51,972 nucleotides of DNA from an uncultured Microthrixaceae bacterium. Its GTDB lineage: Bacteria; Actinomycetota; Acidimicrobiia; Acidimicrobiales; DATDAH01. Under the pieces are notes generated by a model. The model searched no databases and had not been told where the DNA came from. It saw nothing but the letters and a program-made list of their open reading frames with translations. Position 1 is the stretch's first letter; each line of letters starts with the position of its first letter. The position numbers were made by a program, and so were the translations under genes. The stretch spans positions 1 through 51,972 of the forward strand of contig CAYYDZ010000005.1 in assembly GCA_964470715.1 (NCBI GenBank). Direction: 5' to 3'. This document shows, in pieces, positions 17,885 through 27,231 of this stretch.

Positions 17885-18274
17885 TCAGCCGATACCGAGG
17901 AGGTCGACGATGAACACGAGGGTCTCGCCGCCCTTGATGACGCCGCCGGCGCCGGCCTTGCCGTAGCCCTTGTGGGGCGGGATGGTGATGCGACGGCGGC
18001 CACCGACCTTCATCCCGGCGACGCCCTCGTCCCAACCGGCGATGACCTGGCCTTGGCCGAGGCCGAACGAGAAGATGTCGTCGCGGTCCCACGATGCGTC
18101 GAACTGCTGGCGGGTGCTCCACGCCACCCCGACGTAGTGCACGTTGACGGTCTGGCCGGGCTGGACCTCGGGGCCGTCGCCCACGACCAGATCCTCGATC
18201 ACCAGGTCGGCTGGTGGGGCCTCACCCGGCGGGACGTAGACGTGGGGCTTCTCGTTGAGATCGTGGTCGGGCAT
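17885..18274 (-). CDS. FKBP-type peptidyl-prolyl isomerase
   Basis: VHYVG, FDASWDR, VIAGWDEG, GMKVGGRRRITIPP, FIVDL. Confidence 0.95.
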   Translation of the reverse strand: MPDHDLNEKPHVYVPPGEAPPADLVIEDLVVGDGPEVQPGQTVNVHYVGVAWSTRQQFDASWDRDDIFSFGLGQGQVIAGWDEGVAGMKVGGRRRITIPPHKGYGKAGAGGVIKGGETLVFIVDLLGIG

Positions 18275-18397
18275 CCGCCGAACCTACCGGGTGATGGGAG
18301 GGAGGTCACCCGATAGGTTCGGCGGGCCCGGAGACGCCTGGCGGGAGGGAGGGGAACCCGCCGGGCGGTGGTGGGCCGGGGGTCGTGGAAGGACGAC
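18275..18397. repeat. Three consecutive inverted repeats with purine-rich (GGA) loops
   Basis: Arms 18275-18294/18306-18325 (19/20), 18337-18345/18357-18365 (8/9), 18382-18386/18393-18397. Confidence 0.75.
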
Positions 18398-18654
18398 TAG
18401 TTCTGGTGGATGACCGTGTCGAGCATGGCGAGCTGGAGGGAGGTGGCCGCCCGGGTGGCGGCGAGACCCCGGTAGCCACCGCTCTCGGCGTCCAGGCGGC
18501 GCAGCGCGGCCTCGAGGACCTTGCGATCACCGTGGGCGACGCGGGCGACCGCGTCGACCCGGGCGTCGCCCGAGATGGTCGGGTCGAGGGCGGTGGAGAG
18601 AGCTCGGGCGAGCACCCGTTCGGTCCGGATGGGGTGGGGGTGGTTCGCATCCAT
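18397..18654 (-). CDS. Hypothetical protein (85 aa)
   Basis: MDANHPHPIRTERVLARALSTALD...; helical composition; ATG lies 6 nt after a CATCGT box. Confidence 0.6.
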   Translation of the reverse strand: MDANHPHPIRTERVLARALSTALDPTISGDARVDAVARVAHGDRKVLEAALRRLDAESGGYRGLAATRAATSLQLAMLDTVIHQN

Positions 18655-18714
18655 GGGCCCACGATGTCGAACCCGGCGTAAAGCTGGGTGAAAACGAGGC
18701 GGCATGCTGGTGGC

Positions 18715-19038
18715 GTGCCCGAGAACATCTTCCACGTCACGCGTGCGTCCGACTGGGCCGAGGCCCTCGCCGCCGGCGAGTACCGGCGCTCGACCATCGA
18801 CCGCACGCTCGAGGAGGAGGGCTTCATCCACTGCTCGACGGCGGCGCAGGTGCCGGGCACCCTGGCGCGCTTCTACCGGGGCATCCCGAATCTCGTGCGT
18901 CTCGAGATCGACCTCGATCGCCTCGGCGGCGTCGAGCTGCGCTGGGAGGGCGACCCGGACGCGTTCCCGCACCTCTACGGCCCGCTGCCCGTGGATGCCG
19001 TCGTGTCGGCGGACCCCATCGAGGCGCCGCCCGCCTGA
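18715..19038 (+). CDS. DUF952 domain protein
   Basis: IFHVT...EEGFIHCST...FPHLYGPLP. Confidence 0.9.
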   Translation: MPENIFHVTRASDWAEALAAGEYRRSTIDRTLEEEGFIHCSTAAQVPGTLARFYRGIPNLVRLEIDLDRLGGVELRWEGDPDAFPHLYGPLPVDAVVSADPIEAPPA

Positions 19039-19057
19039 GGCCCCGGCGGCGTCGGTC

Positions 19058-21073
19058 TCAGTCGAAGGGCTCGGAGGCGAGCTCGGGCTGGCCGGCGTTC
19101 GCCTCGAGGACGAAGCGGTGGCGGCGATCGCCGGCGAAGGCGGGGTCGTGCCAGCGGACCCGATAGTGGTGGCGGTCGCCGTCCTGGCGGAGGTAGGTGA
19201 TCTCCACCGCCCACCCCTGGTCGTCCACGGGTCGCCCCCGGTAGCGGGCGGGAGCCCACGGGCCGTTGCCGGTGGACGCCTCGACCCGGAGGAGGGGCCG
19301 GTGCCACTCGAGGTTGCCGGGCGCGACGTCGACCCACTCGGCCTCCCACCAGCCGTCGCTGCGGGAGGTGGGGTCCACGAAGCGGGCCGGGCCGACCCAG
19401 CGTCGCTCGACGGCCACCGGGACCGGCTCGGGCAGGTAGCGGTGCACGCGTAGGTCCCATCGGCGCTCGGTGGCGACGTCACAGACCTGCCCGTCCCGAG
19501 TCAGGTCGGCGGCGAGGCGGGCCGCCTGGGCCGCGAGGAAGGCCTGGGTGTTGGGGCCGTAGAGCGTGTGGCCGCCTTCGTAGTGCTGGCGGCGGTACTC
19601 CTCAGGCGTGGCGACGTAGCCCGAGTACTCGTTGGCCAGGGAGGACACCGCCACCCGCTCGACGGGGGCGCCGGCGGCCGCGAGGGCCGCTGCGGTCGCG
19701 GCTTCGATGCGGCGACCCGACTCGACGGTGATCTCGAACGGCAGCCCCAGCAGGGCGGTGCCGTCGATGATGAGGAGTTGCGCCGGCAGGATGCGGGGGA
19801 ACGAGCGGGGCGGCACGAACAGGGGCTGGAGCCACCTGGTGCCGAGGACCCATTTCTCACCTTGCGGATTGGGCTTGCCCCAGCGCTTCGGCGTCCCCGG
19901 CTTGAACGGAGGCAGGCGGTGGATCACCGGCGTGAGGTTCTCGTGGGCACCCGCCACCAACGCGGCGCCGACTGCAGGCCGCTCGGGCAGTTCGATGCCG
20001 TCGATGCGGCGGTCGGTGCCCAGGTCGATCTCCCGGAAGGCGGCGGCGAGGTGCACCTCCGACCGCAGTTCGTCGCCCAGGCACTCGTGGAGGGCGGCGG
20101 CCTCGGCGCCGACGCCCCGTCCGATCCGGGCCGCTTCGAGGGGTCCGGGCACGCCGGGTCGGATGGCGGGGGCCACGTCGGCGTGGGTGCCCTCGATGGC
20201 ACCGACCACGGCCCGGGTGCCGTGCGCCTCCTCGATGCGGTGGTCGAGCTCGCCGACCAGGTAGGCCCAGACGTCGGCGTTGTACTCGGGCGCCTTCATG
20301 GAGATGCCGGTGCCGTGGACCGAGAAGATGACGGTGGCGGCGAGCGGTTCGGTGCCGCCGTCGGGCAACTCACGGTCGACCCGCAGCAGATGGAGCCATG
20401 GGTTCACGGACACGTACTTGCGCTGGGGCTCGGTGCGCTTGTCGGCCACGCTGTCGTTGTCGACGTGCGGCTCCAGCGACCGGTTGCGGGTGAGGCCCCA
20501 CACCTCGGTGCGGCCGGTGGCGAGGCGGGCCGGGGAGCGGGACTCGACCGCTTCGATCACCGCGCCGGCGATCTGGCGCACGAGGAAGTCGGTGTAGGCG
20601 GGGTCGAACCCGCCGCGGTTCGAGGCGAAGCGGTTGTAGAAGTCGGTGCCGAGGAACTGGCCCGGGCCGGCGTGGGTGTGGGTGGCCCCGATCATCAGGC
20701 CGGCCAGGGGGACGTCGGTGCCGTCGGCGATGGCCTTGGCCACGAGGTGCTGCACCACCGACGAGCCGCCCAGGAGATCGCACTGGACGATGGCCAGCGA
20801 GGCGGTGCCGGCCCGGAGGTGCAGCACCCGTGCCCGGAGCCGGGTGCGCACGCCCTGCCCGTCCTGCGCGTTGGCCGAGTAGCCCGCCTTGGGCATGCCC
20901 GGTGGAGGGGTCAGATCGGCCACCGCGGCGCCGGCCAGCAGGCGGGGCTCGTCCGGGAGGGCCCGCAGCGCTGCCGGCCGCACCGAGAACCGGGCCCGGC
21001 GGGCGTGGCCGTCGACGAAGGGCGCCAACGGCGTTGAGAGAACCGCTTCGGGCCGCGCTGGATCGTCCGCCAT
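19058..21073 (-). CDS. Neutral/alkaline non-lysosomal ceramidase family
   Basis: GATHTHAGPG, FSVHGT, LANEYSGYVATPEEY, YEGGHTLYGP. The first ~384 aa of the track ORF are the antisense shadow of the next gene. Confidence 0.85.
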   Translation of the reverse strand: MADDPARPEAVLSTPLAPFVDGHARRARFSVRPAALRALPDEPRLLAGAAVADLTPPPGMPKAGYSANAQDGQGVRTRLRARVLHLRAGTASLAIVQCDLLGGSSVVQHLVAKAIADGTDVPLAGLMIGATHTHAGPGQFLGTDFYNRFASNRGGFDPAYTDFLVRQIAGAVIEAVESRSPARLATGRTEVWGLTRNRSLEPHVDNDSVADKRTEPQRKYVSVNPWLHLLRVDRELPDGGTEPLAATVIFSVHGTGISMKAPEYNADVWAYLVGELDHRIEEAHGTRAVVGAIEGTHADVAPAIRPGVPGPLEAARIGRGVGAEAAALHECLGDELRSEVHLAAAFREIDLGTDRRIDGIELPERPAVGAALVAGAHENLTPVIHRLPPFKPGTPKRWGKPNPQGEKWVLGTRWLQPLFVPPRSFPRILPAQLLIIDGTALLGLPFEITVESGRRIEAATAAALAAAGAPVERVAVSSLANEYSGYVATPEEYRRQHYEGGHTLYGPNTQAFLAAQAARLAADLTRDGQVCDVATERRWDLRVHRYLPEPVPVAVERRWVGPARFVDPTSRSDGWWEAEWVDVAPGNLEWHRPLLRVEASTGNGPWAPARYRGRPVDDQGWAVEITYLRQDGDRHHYRVRWHDPAFAGDRRHRFVLEANAGQPELASEPFD

Positions 21074-21142
21074 GCCCTCACCCTCGCGCGGTCGCGGCGA
21101 GTCGTGCCTCTCGCCGCCGGCCAGGGCACTACGTTGCCCGCC

Positions 21143-22267
21143 ATGCCGATCTCCATGGACGAGTACCCCCTGCACCAGGCGCCGCTGTCGCTCCAGTACC
21201 CCGCCACCAGCGACCGCAACGCGTACGACCGGTGCTACTTCAACGCCCACGACCGCACCGGCGACCTCTTCCTCGTCACCGGGCTCGGCTACTACCCGAA
21301 CCTCGGGACCATGGACGCCTACGCCACGGTCCGCCGGGGCAACCGCCAGCACACCGTGCGTATCTCCGACGCCATCAGCGACGACCGCCTGAACCAGCAG
21401 GTCGGCCCGTACCGCATCGAGGTGGTCGAGCCGCTCAACGTCATCCGGGTCGTCTGCGACGCCGACGACCACGGCCTGGGGTTCGACCTCACGTGGACGG
21501 GCTCGTTCCCCGTGGTCGAGGAGCCGCACCACGTCATGCGCCAGGGTCCCAAGGTCATCCTCGACGCCTGTCGTTTCGCCCAGGTGGGCTCGTGGGCCGG
21601 GACGCTGCGTCTCGATGGTGAGGAGATCGCGGTCACCGACGACCTCTGGCTGGGCACCCGCGACCGGTCGTGGGGGATCCGCCCCACGGGCGAGGCCGAG
21701 CCCGCCGGTCGCACCGCGGCCGAGACCCCGGCGGACTACGGCTTCTGGTGGATGTACGTGCCGCTGCGCTTCGACGAATTCGCGGTCGTGCTCATCGCCC
21801 AGGAGGACGGCGACGGCCACCGCACCCTCAACGACGCCGTGCGGGTGTACGCCGACGGCAAGGTCGAGCAGCTCGGCTGGCCGCGGGTCGACATCCGCTA
21901 CACGTCCGGCACCCGTCACCCCGAGGGCGCCCGCCTGACCATGGCCCGCCAAGACGGCACGCCGGTGGTCGTCGAGGTCGAGACCCTCGGCTTCGTGGCC
22001 CTCAACTGCGGCCCGGGCTACGGCGGCGACCCCGACTGGAACCACGGCCAGTGGTTCGGCCGGGACCACATCGACACCCTCACCTTCGACATGTTGGACC
22101 CGGCGGTCGTCGGCCGCACGCCCTTCGGCGTGGTCGACCACGTCGCCCGGGCCACCTGCACGGACGGCGACGGCCCCACCGTCGAGGGCTGGGGCATGTT
22201 CGAGCACGGCACCTTCGGCCGCCACGATCCCACCGGCTTCGCCGACTTCGGCTCCGTCGCCCCCTGA
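21143..22267 (+). CDS. Conserved actinobacterial protein (AttH/CrtC/tocopherol-cyclase-like fold suspected)
   Basis: DEYPLHQ, SDRNAYDRCYFN, GTRDRSWGIRP; ATG lies 7 nt after TACGTT. The fold assignment is from recall. Confidence 0.6.
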   Translation: MPISMDEYPLHQAPLSLQYPATSDRNAYDRCYFNAHDRTGDLFLVTGLGYYPNLGTMDAYATVRRGNRQHTVRISDAISDDRLNQQVGPYRIEVVEPLNVIRVVCDADDHGLGFDLTWTGSFPVVEEPHHVMRQGPKVILDACRFAQVGSWAGTLRLDGEEIAVTDDLWLGTRDRSWGIRPTGEAEPAGRTAAETPADYGFWWMYVPLRFDEFAVVLIAQEDGDGHRTLNDAVRVYADGKVEQLGWPRVDIRYTSGTRHPEGARLTMARQDGTPVVVEVETLGFVALNCGPGYGGDPDWNHGQWFGRDHIDTLTFDMLDPAVVGRTPFGVVDHVARATCTDGDGPTVEGWGMFEHGTFGRHDPTGFADFGSVAP

Positions 22268-22282
22268 CCAGAGGAGAGCACC

Positions 22283-22660
22283 ATGCCCGAGCCCATCGAG
22301 ATCGTGCAGCAGTTCTGTGATGCGTGGGGGACGCCCGATGCCATCGAGGCATCACTGTCGCTCTTGAGTGATGATTGCGTGTACCACAACATCCCCGTCG
22401 ATCCCGTGGTGGGGATCGAGGCCATCCGTGAGTTCGTGAGGAACTTCGCGGCCGGCGTCGAGCGGGTGGACTTCGCCACGAACGCCATCGCCGCCAACGG
22501 CTCGACGGTGCTGACCGAGCGGGTGGACACGTTCCTGTACCCCGGCGGCAAGCGCATCGACCTGCCGGTGATGGGCACCTTCGAGGTGGACGCCGACGGC
22601 AAGATCAGCGCCTGGCGCGACTACTTCGACCTGAACCAGTTCATGTCCCAGATGGGGTGA
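22283..22660 (+). CDS. Limonene-1,2-epoxide hydrolase / SnoaL-like
   Basis: YHNIP, VLTERVD, LPVMGTFEV, ISAWRDYFD. Confidence 0.9.
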   Translation: MPEPIEIVQQFCDAWGTPDAIEASLSLLSDDCVYHNIPVDPVVGIEAIREFVRNFAAGVERVDFATNAIAANGSTVLTERVDTFLYPGGKRIDLPVMGTFEVDADGKISAWRDYFDLNQFMSQMG

Positions 22661-22674
22661 GGTAGGGACCGGTC

Positions 22675-22922
22675 GTGACCTCGTTCGCGCCCTCCGGCTC
22701 CGCCCGCATCGCCTACGACGACGAGGGCTCCGGGCCACCCGTCCCTGTTGCTGCACGCCGGCGTCACCGACCGCCGACGCCGAGGAGGAGCGGGTGGCGG
22801 CCGAGCGGCTGGCGGCGATGATCCCCGGCGCCCGCTTCGAGAAGCTGGCGGGCACCGCCCACCTGCCCCACGTCGAGGGCCACGCCCGTTACCTCGACGC
22901 CCTCCGCGACTTCATCGTCTGA
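22675..22922 (+). pseudogene. Alpha/beta-hydrolase relic with internal deletion and frameshifts
   Basis: Three frames give MTSFAPSGSARIAYDDEGSGPPV / LLLHAGVTDRR / AEEERVAAERLAAMIPGARFEKLAGTAHLPHVEG...FIV*. The GxSxG core is missing. Confidence 0.8.
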
Positions 22923-23005
22923 CGCGACGTTCGCAGGCTCTCCTACCGTCCCCGGGGAGTCGAAGGGGCGTCGGCCAACCGTCTCCAGCCGGTGGATCCT
23001 CGAGT

Positions 23006-24361
23006 TCAGAGGCCGGTGATCTCGGTGGGGGAGATGTCGAGCCATCGCTCGAGGTTGCGGTGCAGGTTCCAGATGCGGCACTCCTCGTTGGAGAGGGTGA
23101 CGCGGGTGAAGCCGGGCTGGTGCAGGCCCCGCTGGGCCCGCTCGGCGTTGGCCACGTCCTGGCTCAGGACCAGGCCGATGGGGAGGTCGCCGTCGGGTGG
23201 CAGGGTGACGTCCAGCGGCGGCGTGCGGGGCGGTGCCGGGTCGGTGGGCACCCGGTCGAACACGAAGACGTCCATCACGCCCTCGTCCGGTGTGGCCCCT
23301 GGGCGGGACCGCACCACCGAGAGCAGGTCGGGGAACACGACCATGGTGATGTTGGGGAACAGGTTGTACTGCGACATCGTCAGAAGGCGGTCGTCGCCGT
23401 ACGCCGCGAAGTCGAGGCCCTTGGCCTCGTTGTGGGCGCGCAGGCGGGCGGCGAGCACGTGCCGCAGGGACGACCCCTCGGGCACCTCGGGCGCCGGCCC
23501 GGCGGTGGCCTTGTCGGCGATGCCGATGCGCTCGCCCATCACCTCCACGAACGACTGCCAGATCACCTCGTCGTCGGGTCGGTTGCGCAGGCGGGGCGAC
23601 GGCAGGCCGTAGCGCTGCTCGAGCTTGCCGTGGTGCGCCCAGATGGTCTGGGGGCCGTCGACGTCGTCGACGCTGCCGAGCATCTCTCGGTGGATGCCCT
23701 GCACGTGGTACGTCTCGCTGAAGCCGTCGATGATGGTCTTCCAGTTGGCGGCCAGCGGGATGCTCACGAGGTAGCGGCAGCGGAAGTCGTCGAGGCCGGC
23801 CCAGGCCACGTCGCCGGGCACCTCACCGAGGAACTCGGCGAGGCTCGGATGGGCGGCATCGGCGGGGCCGGGGTGCACGAACACCAGCGGCCCCCAGGTG
23901 TCGACCGCCACCGAGCGCAGCGCGTAGTCGGCCGGCGGCAGCACGCCGAAGCCCTTCCGTGAGGGCACTTCGCGGAGGCGGCCGGTGAGGTCCCAGCTCC
24001 ACCGGTGGTACGGGCAGCGGAGCTCATCCAGGCCCGAGGCCGAGCCGGCGCACAGCTCGCTGCCCCGGTGCAGGCACACGTTCTCGAAGCCCCGCAGCAC
24101 GCCGTCGTCGCCCCGCACCACCAGGACCGAGCGATCGGCGAGGCGGTAGTCGAACACCGACCCGGGCTCGGCGACGTGGTCCGCCGTGCAGGCGAGCTGC
24201 CAGACCCGCGGCCAGAGGCGCTCGTGCTCACGGGCGGCGAAGTCGCGGGAGGTGTAGCGGTCGGCGGGCACCGTGACGGGGCCGGCGGCCCCGATGCCGG
24301 TGCGGATGGTGGCCCCGACCGGGGCCTGGTCGGTGTGCAGGGCGTCGTGGAGGTCGGTCAT
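23006..24361 (-). CDS. Rieske non-heme iron oxygenase alpha subunit
   Basis: CLHRG...CPYH Rieske site; ETYHVQGIH...QD mononuclear iron site. Confidence 0.93.
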   Translation of the reverse strand: MTDLHDALHTDQAPVGATIRTGIGAAGPVTVPADRYTSRDFAAREHERLWPRVWQLACTADHVAEPGSVFDYRLADRSVLVVRGDDGVLRGFENVCLHRGSELCAGSASGLDELRCPYHRWSWDLTGRLREVPSRKGFGVLPPADYALRSVAVDTWGPLVFVHPGPADAAHPSLAEFLGEVPGDVAWAGLDDFRCRYLVSIPLAANWKTIIDGFSETYHVQGIHREMLGSVDDVDGPQTIWAHHGKLEQRYGLPSPRLRNRPDDEVIWQSFVEVMGERIGIADKATAGPAPEVPEGSSLRHVLAARLRAHNEAKGLDFAAYGDDRLLTMSQYNLFPNITMVVFPDLLSVVRSRPGATPDEGVMDVFVFDRVPTDPAPPRTPPLDVTLPPDGDLPIGLVLSQDVANAERAQRGLHQPGFTRVTLSNEECRIWNLHRNLERWLDISPTEITGL

Positions 24362-24379
24362 GGCGTCAGGCCCTCCTGG

Positions 24380-25174
24380 TCAGAGCACCCAGTTGTTCGG
24401 GACGTCGTCGGGGCGCAGCAGGGCGTCCGTGCCGCCGTCCACGAAGAGCAGCGACCCCACGAAGAACTTGGCCTCCGGACCGAGGAGGAAGGCCACGAAC
24501 GCAGCCAGCTCCTCGGCCTTCCCGGGCCGGCCCACGGGCAACGGGAAGTCCTTCAGGAACGGGGCGAGCATCGGGTCGGCGAGGCCCTCGTCCACCAGGG
24601 CGGTGGCGACCATGCCGGGGGCGACCACGTTGAGGTTGATGCCGGCGCCGATCCAGTCATCGGTGACGGACGCCCGGCGGCACCAGCGGGCGATGGCGGT
24701 CTTGGTGGCGGGGTAGGCGCCGAAGGACCCGTCGGCCTCGCTCGCCGCCCGGGCGGCTGCCTCGTCGCCGGTCAGGCAGGCCTCGACCACGGTCGCGGGC
24801 ACGCCGGGCTGCACGGTGGTGGAGTTGGAGCTGATGGCCACGGCGGCGGCGCCGTCGGGAGCGGCGGCCAGCGCGGGCCGCAGGCCTTCGAGCAGGGTGA
24901 TGGCGCCGAAGTAGTTGACCGAGACGACGATGGGGCCGGGGCGGCCGGGGAGGGGCCCCAGCCCGGCGAAGGGCACGAAGCCGTCGAGCACGCCGCCCGA
25001 GGCGGCGAGGACGCCGTCGATGGCGGCCTTGCGGCCCTCGGGCGTGCCCAGGTCGGCCTCGATGTCGGCGTCGTGCAGGTCGACGCCGATGACGGTGTGG
25101 CCGTCCGCCTGGAGACGCGCCCGGGTGGCCGCCCCCATGCCCGACGCCGATCCGGTGATGGCGATGGTTCCCAT
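24380..25174 (-). CDS. SDR oxidoreductase (3-alpha-HSD-like)
   Basis: TGSASGMG, YPATK, VDGG. Confidence 0.9.
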   Translation of the reverse strand: MGTIAITGSASGMGAATRARLQADGHTVIGVDLHDADIEADLGTPEGRKAAIDGVLAASGGVLDGFVPFAGLGPLPGRPGPIVVSVNYFGAITLLEGLRPALAAAPDGAAAVAISSNSTTVQPGVPATVVEACLTGDEAAARAASEADGSFGAYPATKTAIARWCRRASVTDDWIGAGINLNVVAPGMVATALVDEGLADPMLAPFLKDFPLPVGRPGKAEELAAFVAFLLGPEAKFFVGSLLFVDGGTDALLRPDDVPNNWVL

Positions 25175-25229
25175 CCGCCCATCATGGCCCGCTGGCGGCG
25201 GCCGCTCGGCCGGAGCACACTGCCGGGCG

Positions 25230-26087
25230 ATGATGCCCACCGACGTCCGTGCCATCGATCTCATGATCGGCTTCCCCTCGGCCGAGTCCCGCCAGAAGTA
25301 CGACTACCTCCGCAAGAACCTCCGCGACGCCGAGTCGGCCGAGATGGAGATGCCCGCGGAGTACATGTTCAAGGACATCCCGGACCACAAGGAGCCCGAG
25401 GACGACGCCGTGGCCATCACCCTGGCGGCGATGGACCAGTGCGGCGTCGAGATCGGCCTCGTGGGCGTCCAGTCCGACGCGGCCAAGCGCGCCCTGCGGG
25501 CACACCCCGACCGCTTCGCGGCCAGCCTCGAGATCGACCCCAACAAGATCACGGCCACCGTGCGCCAGATCCGCGAGGCCCACGAGGAGTGGGGCCTCAA
25601 GGCGGTGACCACCTTCCCCTCGGGCTGCAACCCGCCCGTACCGGTGAGCGACCGGCGCTACTACCCGATCTACCAGACCTGCATCGACCTCGACCTGCCC
25701 ATCGTGGCCAACGCCGGCATCGCCGGGCCCCGCCTCCCCTCGGACGTGCAGGACGTCATGCACTTCGACCAGGTCTGCTACGACTTCCCCGAGCTGCGCA
25801 TCGTCATGCGCCACGGCGCCGAGCCGTGGGAGGCGCTGGCGGTGAAGCTGATGCTGAAGTGGCCGGGCCTGCACTACATGACCAGCGCCTTCGCCCCGAA
25901 GTACTACCCCCAGGCGATCGTCGACTACGCCAACACCCGCGGCGCCGACAAGATCCTCTACGCCGGCTACTTCCCGATGGGCCTGAGCCTCGAGCGCATC
26001 TTCACCGAGCTCCCGAACGTGCCCTTCCGCGACCACGTCTGGCCCAAGTTCCTGCGCGAGAACGCCCTACGGGTCTTCAAGCTGTAG
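25230..26087 (+). CDS. Amidohydrolase_2 family protein
   Basis: RRYYPIY, VMRHGAEPW, YMTSAFAPKY, ILYAGYFP. Confidence 0.88.
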   Translation: MMPTDVRAIDLMIGFPSAESRQKYDYLRKNLRDAESAEMEMPAEYMFKDIPDHKEPEDDAVAITLAAMDQCGVEIGLVGVQSDAAKRALRAHPDRFAASLEIDPNKITATVRQIREAHEEWGLKAVTTFPSGCNPPVPVSDRRYYPIYQTCIDLDLPIVANAGIAGPRLPSDVQDVMHFDQVCYDFPELRIVMRHGAEPWEALAVKLMLKWPGLHYMTSAFAPKYYPQAIVDYANTRGADKILYAGYFPMGLSLERIFTELPNVPFRDHVWPKFLRENALRVFKL

Positions 26088-26092
26088 GCGGC

Positions 26093-26404
26093 TCAGAGCG
26101 CGTCGAGGGCCACCAGGACGGCCATCCCCACCACGAGGGTGAGGATGGAGTTCCTCGTCTTCCACGCCACCGTGGCGGCGACCAGGCCGGCGGCGAGCTC
26201 GGGCGTCCAGAGCGAGAAGTGCCCGTCGGGTCGCAGGAACGCCGGCACCACGATCGACGCCAGTGCCGCCGGCGGGATCTGGCGGAGGATGCGCTGCACG
26301 ACGGGCGGGACGTCGGCCATACGGTGGGCCGCCATCAGGAACGAGGCCCGCATCGAGAAGGTCCCGATGCCGCCCAGGAGCACGGCGAGCCAGAGGCGAC
26401 TCAC
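26093..26404 (-). CDS. azlD: AzlD-family membrane protein
   Basis: Short TM protein (IPPAALASIV, VAWKTRNSILT); overlaps the azlC stop. Confidence 0.85.
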   Translation of the reverse strand: MSRLWLAVLLGGIGTFSMRASFLMAAHRMADVPPVVQRILRQIPPAALASIVVPAFLRPDGHFSLWTPELAAGLVAATVAWKTRNSILTLVVGMAVLVALDAL

Positions 26405-27171
26405 GAGGCATCCTCGCCGCGCGCGTCCTCGCCCGGGCCCTCGTCGTGGGGCTCGACCGCCGGCGTGCTCGCGGCAGGTCCGTCGCGCCGGTACTCGGCG
26501 ACCACCCCGGCGGTGATGCCCGCCGCCGCCCCGGCCACGGTGGCCAGGTGCTCGTCGCCGAACTGGGCGCACAGGACGGCGGCCGCGCCGCCGAACACCG
26601 CGGCCATGACCGCGGGCGACGAGGTCAGCGTCGGGACCAGCAGGACGAGGAAGACCAGCGGCACGGCGAACTCGATGGGCAGCGAGTCGGGGATGGCGCC
26701 GCCGACGAGCACGCCGACGACGGTGCAGATCTGCCAGTTCACCCACAGCGCCAGCGCGGCGCCGAGGTAGAACGGGACCCGCCGCTCGGGCTCTGCCTCG
26801 CGCCCACCGCCGGCCCACCGGGTGATCGACACGGCGTAGGCCTGGTCGGTGAGGACGTAGGCGATGCCCGCCCGTCGGGTGTGCGACTCGCGCGCCAGGA
26901 AGGGTGAGAGCGACGCCGAGTAGAGCATCAGGCGCAGGTTGATCGTCCACGCGGTGAGCACGGCCACCGCCACCGAGCCGCCCCCGCCCAGCACGTCGAC
27001 CATGGCGAGCTGGCTGGCGCCGGCGAAGACGATGGTCGACAGCCCGATGGCGATGCCCCCGCCGAGGTGGGCGTCCACGGGGGCGGCGCCGGCGACCAGG
27101 CCGAAGGGTATGACCCCGATGAGCAGCGGGGTGACCGCGATCACCCCGGCCCGGAACTCGTCCCGCTTCAC
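26401..27171 (-). CDS. azlC: AzlC-family branched-chain amino acid permease
   Basis: IPFGLVAG, VFAGASQL, INLRLMLYSASL, LTDQAYA. Confidence 0.92.
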   Translation of the reverse strand: MKRDEFRAGVIAVTPLLIGVIPFGLVAGAAPVDAHLGGGIAIGLSTIVFAGASQLAMVDVLGGGGSVAVAVLTAWTINLRLMLYSASLSPFLARESHTRRAGIAYVLTDQAYAVSITRWAGGGREAEPERRVPFYLGAALALWVNWQICTVVGVLVGGAIPDSLPIEFAVPLVFLVLLVPTLTSSPAVMAAVFGGAAAVLCAQFGDEHLATVAGAAAGITAGVVAEYRRDGPAASTPAVEPHDEGPGEDARGEDAS

Positions 27172-27231
27172 CCGCCCTGTCTAGTCGGGGCAGGCCGGGA
27201 CGGCGGAGGGCGATTCGCGCCGAGAGCGCCG

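Noticed and set aside
19058-22225. 1055-aa ORF as a fusion protein
   Set aside because: The N-terminal ~384 aa are the antisense shadow of 21143-22267; the ceramidase begins at 21073.
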